Below are positions 9,218 through 19,745 of a stretch of DNA of 64,000 nucleotides, in pieces; positions within the stretch are counted from its first letter, which is position 1, and each line of letters begins with the position of its first letter. Below the pieces are notes generated by a model, which was not told the origin of the DNA, did not search any database, and was given only the letters and a program-made list of their open reading frames with translations. The position numbers and the translations under genes are program-made. The DNA lies in the NCBI GenBank assembly GCA_963806225.1, contig CAWDXG010000001.1, positions 800,001 through 864,000 of the forward strand, read 5' to 3'. This stretch comes from an uncultured delta proteobacterium. Its GTDB lineage: Bacteria > Myxococcota_A > Polyangia > Polyangiales > Polyangiaceae.

Positions 9218-11749
9218 CTACTTCACGCTGATCGCATGCTGTCCGCTCGTGACCTTGACGTACAGCGTGCCGCCCGTGGGCTTCGGGTCGAAGCTCCAGC
9301 CGCTCTGGGCGACTTCGAGATCGGCGAGGGTAGCTTTCTCTGCCAGGGCGCTGTTGTTGTCGCTGACGCTCGCGGGCTTCTGGCCGACGGTGACGACCTC
9401 GAACAGGACGCCTTGTTTGAACTCGCTGCCGGACTTGGCAAAGAGCGCGAGGCCGGCGCTGGTCCTCTCCTGGGTGAGCTCGGTGCCGTCGAAGAGCGTG
9501 AAGGTCGACTTGTCCCCGGGCACGACGCGCGGGTAGAGCACGCCGGGGGTGGTGGCGTAGGAGTCGACGCGTGCCGGATCGGTCGTCGGGGCCATGGTGT
9601 CGATGGTCGGACGGAGCAGAGGCACGATGCTGCCGGCCAGCTGGAAGAGCGGCAGCCTGTCGAGCGGCGCGGCGACGTGGATGGTCTGTCCGCCGTCCGA
9701 GGCCTGCCCCGTCCACCAGTTCACCCAGCTGCCGTCGGGCAGGATCACGTCGCGCGCCGTCTTGCCGCGCGACAGCACGGGCGCGACGAGCAGGCTGTCG
9801 CCGAACAGGTATTCGTCACTGGGGTTTTCGCCGAGCTCGGGGTAGGCGAGCCCGAGGGCGCGTTCGATGGCGCGTCCGTCGCTCTTCAGCCGCTCGGCGT
9901 AGGTCCATTCGTACGGCCAGAGGCGCAGGTGCAGCCGGGTGTAGGTCCGGTACCAACCGAGCATTTCCGCGTCGAAGCCGTTTCCCGGCGTGGGTTCCCA
10001 GGCCACGTCGTTCGAGCTGGTGCCGATCTCCATGGCGCTGGATAGCGCGGTCTGTTCGAACCAGCGGGTGAACAGCTCCTTGTCGGGCGGCGAGTGGCGG
10101 TAGCCGCCGGTGTCGGAGGCGTAGAAGGGAAAGCCAGACGGGCCGAGCGAGAGCCCGGCGATGACCGAAGCAGGCAGCCCGCCGGTGGCGATGTACGTCG
10201 AGCCGTCCTTCTGCGTGACCTTGTCGCCACGGTGGTTGAAGGTTGCGTCGAGATCGCCGGGCCAGATCACGCCGACATTCTTCTGGTCACCGTACGTACC
10301 GCGCCGGCAGAGCAGAAAACCACCGCTCGCCGGCAGCGTCTCGGCGTAGACGCGATGATAGAAGAGCTGGAAGCGGCTCTGCATCGTGCGCTCGTCGCTG
10401 CCGTCGGAGAACTCCCACACGTTGCGGCCACCGAACACGCCGGGGACGATGTCCTCGCCGTAGTCGAGCTTGAAGCCTTCCACGCCAGCGTCGGTGTACT
10501 TGTGGATGAGGCCCTGCCACCAGGCGTAGGCGTCGGGGTTGGTCAGATCGATGGGGCGGCCCCACTTGTTCAGGAGCAGGCCCGTCTTCTTCGGGTAGAA
10601 GCCGTGTGATTCGGCGTAGTCGCGCAGTGCTTTGGTCTTCGGAGCGTCGCTGGTCTTCTCGTCCTCGTAGGGCGTGTGCCACAGCGCGGTGCGGAACCCG
10701 AGCGCGTGCATCCTGGCGATCATCGCGGCCGGATCGGTGAACTGCGCGGGGTTGAAATCGAACGTGTTGACGGCTGTAGCGTAGGGCCGATCGATCCAGT
10801 AGCCGGTTGTGGCGAGATCCTGATCGCGAATGGCGTCGAGGTCGCCTTCCACCTGGGCCTGGTCCTTGTTCTCGTCGCGCCAGACCCACGGGCCGAGCGC
10901 CCAGCGTGCGGGCAGACGCGGATAGCCGGTGACCTCGTAGTAGTGCTTCGTGACGTCGAGCGGATGGTCGGCGGCGAAGAGATGGAACGTGAGGCCCTCC
11001 TTCGAACCGGCGCCGGTGCCGAAGATCACGTCGGCGCGGTCGTCCTCCGTGGCGGCCATGTCGAAGGTGGCGGGGTAGGGGTTTTCGACGAACAGGCCCC
11101 AGCCGCGCGTGCCGATGACGAACGGCACCGGGACGTGGGCGTCGTTGTAGCCGCTCTCGGTGCCGCCGCCGACCTCGAGCTGCATGGCGCGGATGTGGCC
11201 GCGGTTGTTCACGTCGTCGAAGTATTCGCCCAGGCCGTAGAAGCCCTCCTTCGTATCGACCACGGGCCGCAGGCGGAAGTACGCGATGGCGTCGCCACCG
11301 GGATCGGGCACGAGGTCGAGCGTGAAGCTGCCGGGCTCTTTCATCTTCACGTCGAGTGTGGCGCGCCGGCCCTTGTCGAACTCGAGCCGGAGCTGGGCCG
11401 ACGTGGCAGTCTTCTTGACCGGGGTGGCCCGCCGCAGCGCGAGCCAGGCGAACCCGGCCGGCATCCGGCGGTTCGGCACGTCCGTGGCGATGGGGTAGGG
11501 GTCGTAGTTGAAGTTGTCGTCGATGGCATCGACGCGCCCGAGCTCGATGCCGTCGGAGGGGAAGCGGAGCAGGACGTCGCCGCCGCGTTCGAGCTTCACC
11601 CCGCTCGAGCCGACCTCCACCGTGTAGCCTCCGCCGCCGATGCGCGTGGGCGCCGGATGCGGCTTCGTCGAGCCTCCGCCGCAGCCGCCCATCAGCACGG
11701 CGCATGCGAGCAGGGCGGCCAGAGCGGCGTGGCGCGGCGTCGGACTCAT
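9218..11749 (-). CDS. Glycoside hydrolase family 31 lipoprotein
   Basis: Lipobox VLMGGC. FYGLGE, GFKLDYGE (nucleophile Asp), WPGD (acid/base), SDTGGY and EYLFGDSLLVAPV motifs. Confidence 0.9.
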   Translation of the reverse strand: MSPTPRHAALAALLACAVLMGGCGGGSTKPHPAPTRIGGGGYTVEVGSSGVKLERGGDVLLRFPSDGIELGRVDAIDDNFNYDPYPIATDVPNRRMPAGFAWLALRRATPVKKTATSAQLRLEFDKGRRATLDVKMKEPGSFTLDLVPDPGGDAIAYFRLRPVVDTKEGFYGLGEYFDDVNNRGHIRAMQLEVGGGTESGYNDAHVPVPFVIGTRGWGLFVENPYPATFDMAATEDDRADVIFGTGAGSKEGLTFHLFAADHPLDVTKHYYEVTGYPRLPARWALGPWVWRDENKDQAQVEGDLDAIRDQDLATTGYWIDRPYATAVNTFDFNPAQFTDPAAMIARMHALGFRTALWHTPYEDEKTSDAPKTKALRDYAESHGFYPKKTGLLLNKWGRPIDLTNPDAYAWWQGLIHKYTDAGVEGFKLDYGEDIVPGVFGGRNVWEFSDGSDERTMQSRFQLFYHRVYAETLPASGGFLLCRRGTYGDQKNVGVIWPGDLDATFNHRGDKVTQKDGSTYIATGGLPASVIAGLSLGPSGFPFYASDTGGYRHSPPDKELFTRWFEQTALSSAMEIGTSSNDVAWEPTPGNGFDAEMLGWYRTYTRLHLRLWPYEWTYAERLKSDGRAIERALGLAYPELGENPSDEYLFGDSLLVAPVLSRGKTARDVILPDGSWVNWWTGQASDGGQTIHVAAPLDRLPLFQLAGSIVPLLRPTIDTMAPTTDPARVDSYATTPGVLYPRVVPGDKSTFTLFDGTELTQERTSAGLALFAKSGSEFKQGVLFEVVTVGQKPASVSDNNSALAEKATLADLEVAQSGWSFDPKPTGGTLYVKVTSGQHAISVK

Positions 11750-11788
11750 GACTATCGAGTATATGGTAGCTTCCGGGCCGGGATCGCC

Positions 11789-13783
11789 ATGTTCCTCGTC
11801 AAAGTCGCCGCTGCCGCGCTGAACCAGACACCGCTGGACTGGGAGCGGAACAAGCGGAACATCCTGTCCGCTCTCACCGAGGCGCGCGCCGAGGGCGTGA
11901 GCGTGCTGTGCCTGCCGGAGCTCTGCGTCACGGGCTACGGCTGCGAAGATGCGTTCCTTTCGCCCGGCGTGCACGGCATGGCGCTGGAGGTGCTGGGCGA
12001 GATCCTGCCGGCGACCGAGGGCATGCTCGTGAGCCTGGGGCTGCCGCTGATGCACGACAGCGCCGTATACAATACGTGCTGTCTGGTCGCGGATCGGCAG
12101 ATCCTGGGTTTCGTCGCCAAGCATGCCCTGGCGGGCGACGGCATCCACTACGAGCCTCGCTGGTTCAAACCGTGGCCGCGTGGGCAGCGCTCCAGCATCA
12201 AGGCGGGCGGAAGGTCGTATCCGATCGGGGACCTGTACTTCGACTGCGGGGGCGTGAAGATCGGCTTCGAGATCTGCGAGGATGCGTGGATCGCGCAGCG
12301 GCCCGGAGCGGAGCTGTCGCTCGACGCCGTCGACCTCATTCTCAACCCGAGCGCGAGCCACTTCGCGTTCGGCAAGCACAAGATCCGCAGGAGGCTCGTG
12401 CTGGAGGGTTCCCGCGCCTTCGGCGTGAGCTATGTGTACGCGAACCTGCTCGGCAACGAGGCGGGCCGGGCGGTGTACGACGGCGACACGCTGATCGCGA
12501 GCGGCGGCAACGTTGTGGCCGAGGGGCGGCGCTTCTCGTTCGCCGGCCACCAGCTGATCACGGCAGTCGTGGACGTGGATCTGATGCGTACACGGCGCGC
12601 GTCGCTGTCGAGCTTCCACCCGCACGTCTCGCCGGAGCCGGGCGAATGCGTGGGCGCGGACTTCGCGTTCCCCGCCGTCTCGCCCGAGCCGCAGAAGGTG
12701 GAGCGCGAGCCCTGGGAGCACTCGCAACACAAGAAGGAAGAGGAGTTCATGCGCGCCATCGCGCTCGGTCTCTTCGACTACATGCAGAAGACCCGCTCGC
12801 GCGGCTTCGTCGTGAGCATGAGCGGCGGCGCGGATTCGAGCGCCGTGGCGTGCCTGGTTGGCCTGATGGCGAAGCTCGCCGTGGCGGAGCTGGGGCTGGA
12901 TGGCGTGGCGGAAAAGCTCGACTACCTGCCGGAGCTCACGAGCGTGAAGAGCGAACGCGAGCTCTGCGAGCGGCTCCTGACCACGGCGTACCAGGCGACG
13001 GAGCACAGCTCGGGGACGACGCGCAGCGCTGCGCGCTCGATCGCCGGGACCGTGGGCGCGCGCCACCACGAGCTGGATGTGCAGCCGCTGGTCGAGAGCT
13101 ACGTGAAGATGATCGAGCAGGCAATCGGGCGCGAGCTCGACTGGGAGCACGACGACATCGCGCTGCAGAACATCCAGGCGCGGGTGCGCGCGCCCGGCGT
13201 CTGGATGCTGGCGAATCTGGAACGGAAGCTGCTGCTCGCGACCAGCAACCGCTCCGAAGCGGCCGTCGGCTACGCGACGATGGACGGCGACACGGCGGGC
13301 GGGGTCAGCCCCATCGCCGGCATCGACAAGGCATTCCTGCGTCGCTGGCTCTTGTGGCTCGAGAAGCACGGGCCCACGGGCGGCCAGCCGATGCCCGAGC
13401 TCTCGGCGGTGACGGCGCAGGCGCCCACGGCCGAGCTCCGCCCGAGCGCGGCCAAGCAGACCGACGAGGACGATCTGATGCCCTACGTGCTGCTCGACGC
13501 CATCGAACGCGCAGCCATCCGCGACAAGCGCACGCCGCTCGAGGTCTACCGTGTCATGCGCGGGGACTTCCCCGACTACACGCCCGAACAGCTCGTGGCG
13601 TGGGTCGAGCGCTTTTTCCGCCTCTGGAGCCGGAACCAGTGGAAGCGCGAGCGCTACGCGCCGAGCTTCCACGTCGACGACGAGAACCTCGATCCAAAGA
13701 CGTGGTGCCGCTTCCCGATCCTCAGCGGCGGCTTCGAGCGGGAGCTCGCGGCGCTTCGGGCGGCGGTGGCGCGCAAGCCGTAG
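11789..13783 (+). CDS. nadE: Glutamine-dependent NAD+ synthetase
   Basis: Nitrilase-type domain (PELCVTGY, EICED) plus SMSGGADS, QNIQARVR, GYATMDGD, PTAELRP and NQWKRER. Confidence 0.95.
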   Translation: MFLVKVAAAALNQTPLDWERNKRNILSALTEARAEGVSVLCLPELCVTGYGCEDAFLSPGVHGMALEVLGEILPATEGMLVSLGLPLMHDSAVYNTCCLVADRQILGFVAKHALAGDGIHYEPRWFKPWPRGQRSSIKAGGRSYPIGDLYFDCGGVKIGFEICEDAWIAQRPGAELSLDAVDLILNPSASHFAFGKHKIRRRLVLEGSRAFGVSYVYANLLGNEAGRAVYDGDTLIASGGNVVAEGRRFSFAGHQLITAVVDVDLMRTRRASLSSFHPHVSPEPGECVGADFAFPAVSPEPQKVEREPWEHSQHKKEEEFMRAIALGLFDYMQKTRSRGFVVSMSGGADSSAVACLVGLMAKLAVAELGLDGVAEKLDYLPELTSVKSERELCERLLTTAYQATEHSSGTTRSAARSIAGTVGARHHELDVQPLVESYVKMIEQAIGRELDWEHDDIALQNIQARVRAPGVWMLANLERKLLLATSNRSEAAVGYATMDGDTAGGVSPIAGIDKAFLRRWLLWLEKHGPTGGQPMPELSAVTAQAPTAELRPSAAKQTDEDDLMPYVLLDAIERAAIRDKRTPLEVYRVMRGDFPDYTPEQLVAWVERFFRLWSRNQWKRERYAPSFHVDDENLDPKTWCRFPILSGGFERELAALRAAVARKP

Positions 13784-13849
13784 CGCTGGACGCGCCTGGC
13801 ACAGAGTCCTTTGCCGGCGCGGCGAACGGAGTAGAGTCCCGAACCCGAG

Positions 13850-14470
13850 ATGCGAGAAGCGGCTTTCTACCAGGACGAAGCGAAGCAGAGGACGGCAGGC
13901 GCCGTGAAGGCCGTCGAGGCGCAAACGTCCGCCGAGGTCGTCGTGGCCGTGCGCCGTCGCTCGGGCGACTATCGCATCGCGGCCTACTACTTCGGCTTCG
14001 GCGCGGTGGCCGTCGTCACGCTGTACATGCTGGTTTCGCCGCAGCTGTTCAGCATCGGGGCGATGGCGCTCGACGCGGTCGTCGCGTTCGTGCTCGGCGC
14101 GTTTCTGTGTCGCAATGTCGAGACGCTGTCCCGCGCGCTGACGCCTGCGTCCAGGCTGCGAAGCAACGTGGAAACGGCCGCGCGCGCAGCGTTCTTCGAT
14201 CTGGGGATCTCGCGGACCAGCGGCAGGAACGGAATCCTGGTGTTCGTCTCCACATTTGAACGCACCTGCGCCGTGCTGACGGACATCGGTATCGATGTCG
14301 CCGCGCTGGGTCCCGGCTACGAGACGGCGCGCGACGCGATGCAGGGTGCCGTCAGGCAGCGGGACTTCGACGCGTTCATCCGTGCGCTCGAGAGCCTCGG
14401 CCCGGTGCTGGGTGCCGCGATGCCGCACGCGGACGACGACGTGAACGAGCTCCCCGACGAGGTGCAGTGA
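13850..14470 (+). CDS. TPM-domain membrane protein
   Basis: AVKAVEAQTSAEVVV, two TM helices, RTSGRNGILVFVS.FER and NELPD. Confidence 0.85.
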   Translation: MREAAFYQDEAKQRTAGAVKAVEAQTSAEVVVAVRRRSGDYRIAAYYFGFGAVAVVTLYMLVSPQLFSIGAMALDAVVAFVLGAFLCRNVETLSRALTPASRLRSNVETAARAAFFDLGISRTSGRNGILVFVSTFERTCAVLTDIGIDVAALGPGYETARDAMQGAVRQRDFDAFIRALESLGPVLGAAMPHADDDVNELPDEVQ

Positions 14471-15964
14471 TGGCCCGCCCCGCACGCATCTCCCGTCGCG
14501 TTGCGGCCGCGATCGGCATCGCATTGCTGCTGGTCGCCGCCGTCGCGTTGGCGCGCCCCGGTGGCGGTCACTCGTTCTCCGGCGGCTTCCACGGCGGCGG
14601 CGGAAGCAGCGGCGGCGGCGGCGTTGGCGCGCTGGTCGAGATCCTGATCTGGCTGGTGCTCACGCACCCGAGGATCGGCATTCCCGTCGTGCTCGTGGTG
14701 GTCACGGTGGCGCTGGTCCGGAAGGTCGGGAAGTCCGCACTGAAGGGCTGGTCCACCACCACGCCGGCCCAGGTGGCCCAGGTCCAGCAGGTCCAGCAGG
14801 CCGCGGCCGTGCCGCGCTCGCGCCTCGACCAGATCCGCAGCGTCGACCCCGGGTTCTCCGTCGTCCTGTTCGAGGATTTCGCCTACCTGCTCTACGCCAC
14901 GGTGCTGCGGTCGCGGGCGACGGGCACGGCGGCGATTGCCGCCTACCTCGCTCCCGACGTGGCCCAGATGCTGCCCGATCAGTCGCTCGGCGACGTGCGC
15001 GGCATCGTCATCGGGGCGATCAAGATTGTCGGCTTCTCGGGGGTCGGCGGCGCGACGGTCGACGTCGAGCTGGAGATCGAAGCCAACTACGTGGAGGCGC
15101 TGCGCGCGGGAGGCGAGCGCCGCTACTACGTGGTGGACCGCATGCTGCTGCAGCGCGCGAGCAGCGCAAAATCGCGGCCGTTCGCCCGCGCGCGCACCCT
15201 GGATTGCCCGAACTGCGGTGCGGCGCTCGAGGCCGTGCGTGGCACGCAGTGCAGCTACTGTGGACAGAACGTCGGCTACGGGCGCTTCGACTGGATGGTC
15301 GCGCGCTTCGGAAACATGACGCGCGAGCCGCGTGGTCCGCTCTTGACCTCGAACGTGCCCGAACAGGGCACGGAGCTGCCGACCCTCGCCGACCCCGGCG
15401 CCGGAGTAGCGCTTTTCACAGATCCAGCAGCGCGATCCCTCGCTGACGTGGGACGTGCTCCAGGCGCGCATCGCCTACGTCTTCAACCAGCTCCAGGCGG
15501 CGTGGTCGGGACGCGATAGCGCGCGCATCCGCCCGTTCGTCTCGGACAACCTGTTCCAGTCGATGGTCTACTGGATCGATCTGTACGTGCAGCAGCGCTG
15601 CCGCAACGTGACGGAGAACGCGCGGATCCTGCGCATCGATCTGGCGAACGTTCTGAGCGACGCACACTACGACGCCGTCACCGTGCGCGTGTTCGCGACC
15701 GGTCTCGACTACACCATCTCCGACGATGGCAAGGTGCTGAGCGGCAGCCGCTCGCGGCCGCGCACCTATTCGGAATACTGGACCCTGATCCGGGGAAGTT
15801 CGAAAAAGGGCCCGTCACGTGGCGATGCGAACTGCCCGAACTGCGGCGCGCCGCTCAAGATCGGCATGGCCGGCACCTGCGAGTACTGCCAGGTGAAGGT
15901 GACCAGCGGCGAGTTCGACTGGGTGCTGTCGCGGATCGAGCAGGACGAGGCGTATACGGGGTGA
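14467..15964 (+). CDS. Tim44-like domain protein with two zinc ribbons (one +1 frameshift at ~15410)
   Basis: Signal peptide, ARPGGGHSFSGG, TM segment, then two Tim44-like units each ending in CPNCGA.L...CxYC. ORFs 14467..15519 and 15455..15964 join. Confidence 0.8.
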
Positions 15965-16040
15965 GTGCAGCAAGCTCCGGTCGAGCAGAGCGCTGGTCCG
16001 GTTTGCGACCGTCGGTCGAGATTCCGGCGGACGGGGCTGA

Positions 16041-17939
16041 CTAGTTGATCTGCAGATTCGGAGACGCCGTACCCGTCACGCCAGCGCCGCCCTGGCCGCC
16101 CGCGGGATTGGTGCCGCCCTTGCCGCCGTAGCCGGCGACACCTGTCGTGCAGCTGTTGGTGTTGTAGACGAATGTGACGCTCGACGCGCGCGCCAGGCAT
16201 GCGCTGGGTCCGCCGCCGCCGCCGCCGCCCGGCCCGCCCGCGCCTCCGTCGCCACCAACTCGCCCGATAGCCCCGCTTCCGCTGTCGTCCGCGCCCGAAC
16301 CGGCGGGCCCACCCTGGCCGCCGGTCTGGCCGTCGGCTCCGTCGCCGCCGTCGCCGCCGTTGCCGCCCTTGGCGGTCGTGATCTCGTCGTCGGTTACGAC
16401 GATGTTGCCACCCGCTGCGAAGATGCCGAAGCTGCCGCCGCCGCCCATGCCGGCCGTGCCCGGATTGCCGCCGAGGCCACCGCAACCGCCGCTGCCTCCG
16501 CCGCCGCCCATGTCGGAGTTGCAGTGGCAACCGGTGTTGAAGCCGCTGACGTAGAGGTCGCACGAGCCGCCACCGCCACCGCCACCGCCGCCGCCACCCT
16601 TGCCGTTGATGCCGGGCTTGCCGTCGGTGCCGGCTGCAGGGACGTAGACGCCCGATGCGACCGAGCCCAACGCTGCGCCGCCCGTGCCGTTGGGGCCCTG
16701 CACGCCGTTTGCTCCCGGGGTGCCGAGATTGCCGTCGCCACTCTTGCTGTAGCAGGCCTGGGTGGCGGTGCCTTCCGTGCCGCCCAGGGCGCCGCCGCTA
16801 CCCGGAGCGCCGGCTTGCCCGCTGCTGTTGTTGTAGCCTCCGTCGCCGCCCTTGCCGCCGTACTCGGTGCAGCTTGGCTGCGGGCCGCCCGCGCCGCCGC
16901 TGTTGCTGCCGCTGGCGCCGATCGTGCCGGGTTTCCCGTCCGGCGCCTGCGGGTTGCTCTGCGCGGCACCGCTCGTGCCGTTGGCGCCGTCCGCGCCCGC
17001 CGCCGTGTTGATCTTGTCGTAGCGCACGTACAGCTTGCCGTTGCCGGCGCCCAGCCGCACGCCATAGGTGCTCTGGCCCGGATTCGAGCCGGTCGTCGCC
17101 TGGATGGTGATGCCCTCGATGTGCGTGTCCTGGTCGATCTGCGGCGCGTTGAACACGGTGCCCGGCGCGGTCACGACGGTCGTCACGGTGGCCGAGCGCC
17201 GGAATTTGAAGTCCGCGTTGTTCTGGTCGAACCCGCCGTAGATGCTGATGCCGGACTCGACGGTCACCGCTTCGTTGTAGGTCTCGCCGGAAAGGCACAC
17301 CGCCGGCACGCTGTGCGACTTGGCGTACTGGATGGCGTAGCCGATGGTCTGCACCGGGTTCTGCCGCGTGCCGTCGCCGTTTGTGTCGCTGCCCTGGGAT
17401 TTCGACACGTACACGCACTGCTCGACGAGTCCGTCACCGCCGTCGCAGTTGTCGTCGGTGAAGTTCGCGATCGATGGGATCGGTGCTCGACGTCTTGGTG
17501 CACTGGTACTCACAGCCGCAGGTGCCGGTGAGCGGGTTGTTGTCGATGTCGTAGTAGCCGGCTGGGCACGTGGCGCAGTTGCCGCCGTCGCCGGCCGTGC
17601 CGCCTGTGCCGGCGGCGCCGCCCGTGCCGCCTGTGCCGGTACTGCCGCCACTGCCCCCGGTGCCGCTGCCTCCGCTGCCCGCGCTGCCTCCGCTGCCCGC
17701 GCTGCCACCCGAACCAGCACCGCCATCGACCCCGGCACTACCGCCGCTGCCGGCGGTGCCTGCGCCGCCGCCGCCCGCGCCGCCGCTCGCGCCGCCGCCG
17801 TCGGTGCCCCCGTCGTAGCCGGCGCTGCCGCCGCTGCTGGAGCTCGTGCCGCTGATCGACCCGCCCGAAGCGCAGCCCGCCGCCAGCACAACCCCGCCGA
17901 AACTCCAAGCGCCAACCCCGCAAGCACCCGCAGTCTCAT
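16041..17939 (-). CDS. PE-PGRS-like Gly-rich lipoprotein with Cys module and DUF1565-like segment (frameshifts at ~17890 and ~17470)
   Basis: Joined reading is MRLRVLAGLALGVSAG / VLAAGCASGG...CATCPAGYYDIDNNPLTGTCGCEYQC / NFTDDNCDG...VYVS...GDGTRQNPVQTI, followed by long GG repeats. Confidence 0.7.
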   Translation of the reverse strand: MRLRVLAGLALGVSAGLCWRRAALRAGRSAARAPAAAAAPATTGAPTAAARAAARAAAAQAPPAAAVVPGSMAVLVRVAARAAEAARAAEAAAPGAVAAVPAQAARAAPPAQAARPATAATAPRAQPATTTSTTTRSPAPAAVSTSAPRRRAPIPSIANFTDDNCDGGDGLVEQCVYVSKSQGSDTNGDGTRQNPVQTIGYAIQYAKSHSVPAVCLSGETYNEAVTVESGISIYGGFDQNNADFKFRRSATVTTVVTAPGTVFNAPQIDQDTHIEGITIQATTGSNPGQSTYGVRLGAGNGKLYVRYDKINTAAGADGANGTSGAAQSNPQAPDGKPGTIGASGSNSGGAGGPQPSCTEYGGKGGDGGYNNSSGQAGAPGSGGALGGTEGTATQACYSKSGDGNLGTPGANGVQGPNGTGGAALGSVASGVYVPAAGTDGKPGINGKGGGGGGGGGGGSCDLYVSGFNTGCHCNSDMGGGGGSGGCGGLGGNPGTAGMGGGGSFGIFAAGGNIVVTDDEITTAKGGNGGDGGDGADGQTGGQGGPAGSGADDSGSGAIGRVGGDGGAGGPGGGGGGGPSACLARASSVTFVYNTNSCTTGVAGYGGKGGTNPAGGQGGAGVTGTASPNLQIN

Positions 17940-18032
17940 GCGGCATATCTTGCCCCCGGTCCGGGCGTTTGGCCAGGGCCAGTCCGCGCGGCTTGCGTTG
18001 CGCTCCTGGTCGGGGGTACGCTTGATGTTGCG

Positions 18033-19171
18033 ATGCGCGGCTCGACAGCTCTGGTGTGGTCGGTGGTGGCCGCGACGGCGGCGGGTGCGTTGGGTGCCTG
18101 CGGGGCGGCCGCGGACGCGCCGCCGTCGCAGACAATCCCTTCGGCGGTGGGAGCTCCGCTACGGGCGGATCCGGCGGCGACGCCTCGATCAGTGTGGGCG
18201 GAATCGGCGGTCTCGACGGGGGCAGCGATGTGATCGCCCCCGACGCGGCCTGTGCTGGGTTCGTGCAGAGCGCGACCAATACACCGCTCGACCTGTACAT
18301 CATGCTCGACAAATCGTCGTCGATGGGCGGCAGCACGCCCGGCGACAAGTGGAACAGCTCCGTGGCCGGCCTGACCGCGTTCGTCAACGACAAGGCGTCC
18401 GACGGCATCCGCGTCGCGCTCAAGTTCTTCCCGCGCGACCCCGACAGCGTCGAGGCGTGCAGCCAGCAGGCCTACGCCACGCCGGACGTGTCGTATGACG
18501 TGCTGCCGAAGAACGCCCAGCCGATCATCAGCGCGATCAACGGGACGACGGCCAACGGCCTGAACACGCCGACCTATCCCGCGCTGGGCGGCGCCATCCT
18601 CGCCTCCATCGCGGAAAAGCAGAACCGCCCTGGCGACTCGACCGCGGTGCTGCTGGTCACCGACGGGGCGCCGCAGGGTCCCGCTGCGACCTGCGCCGGC
18701 GTCAACCCCGAGGACACGACCGAAATCGCCAAGCTCGCGGCGAACGGACTTTCGTACGGGGTCTTGACGTTCGTCATCGCCTTGCCCGGCGTGCCGGCGG
18801 GCTTCGCCGACACCGTGGCGAAGGCCGGCGGCGGCAAGGCCATCGCCATCGGCACCACCAACGTGCAGCAGCAGTTCGAGGACGCGCTGGCCAAGATCCG
18901 CGGCCAGGCGCTGCCCTGCACGTTCGAGCTACCGCCGCAGGTCCCCAATCAATACGCCACCGACAAGGTGAACGTGATCCTGACCTCCGGCGGCAAGGAC
19001 ACGGTCATCCTGCAGAACCCCAAGTGCGCGAATGGCACCGGCTGGCACTACGACGACCCCAACAACCCGAAGCATATCGTCCTGTGTGCGTCGGAGTGCG
19101 ACGGCCTGAAGAAGGACTACAAGGCGAGCATCGACATCCGGCTTGGCTGTCCGACACAGAAAATCTACTGA
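18033..19171 (+). CDS. vWA-domain lipoprotein (frameshift near 18100-18130)
   Basis: Lipobox ALGAC in one frame. MIDAS LDKSSSM, TPTYPAL, LVTDGAP and C-terminal GWHYDDPNNP..IVLC...C in the other. Confidence 0.8.
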
Positions 19172-19210
19172 ACGCGCTGCGCCGTGGCAGACTCTGCCGT
19201 GGAGGTCACG

Positions 19211-19714
19211 GTGCGCATTCTTCTTCTGGGTCTTGGATTCCTGGTCGCTGCTGGTTGCGGCGGGTCATCGACGTCCGGCGGCTCGGGCGGCTCGGGCGGC
19301 TCGAGTGGCTCGAGTGGCAGTGGCGGCGCCGCGGGAAGCGGCGGATCAGGCGCGACGGGAGGCAGCGCCGGCGACGCCTCCACCGACGGCGGTTTCTCGA
19401 AGTGCTTCGACGCCCAGGGGAATTTCGCGGCGTACGACCTGAAGACCTGCGGTGGCGCTGGCGAGTGCAGCATGATCGTCCACCAGACCGACTGCTGCGG
19501 CAACACGTTGCTGCTCGGCGTCGCGTCGAACCATCTGAAGGAGCTCCAGGCCTGCGAGCAGGCGTGGCGCGCGACGCTCGGGGCGTGCGGCTGTCCGGCG
19601 GGGCCGCCCAGCATCGAGAAGCCGAACACGACCGTCGCGGACCCGTCGGCGGCCGCGCCACAGTGCGACAACTTCACGCAGACTTCCGGGATCTGTCTCA
19701 GCGAACCGAAATAG
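19211..19714 (+). CDS. Gly-rich linker, Cys-rich lipoprotein
   Basis: GGAGG at 19201, lipobox VAAGC, SGG linker and a Cys-rich C-terminal domain. Confidence 0.75.
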   Translation: MRILLLGLGFLVAAGCGGSSTSGGSGGSGGSSGSSGSGGAAGSGGSGATGGSAGDASTDGGFSKCFDAQGNFAAYDLKTCGGAGECSMIVHQTDCCGNTLLLGVASNHLKELQACEQAWRATLGACGCPAGPPSIEKPNTTVADPSAAAPQCDNFTQTSGICLSEPK

Positions 19715-19745
19715 AAGGACGCACCCGGCGCCGCGCGCCTTCGTC

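Noticed and set aside
9218..14524. 1768-aa minus-strand ORF as a giant GH31 fusion
   Set aside because: The upstream part is the stop-free antisense shadow of nadE/TPM. The real gene starts at the lipoprotein signal at 11749.
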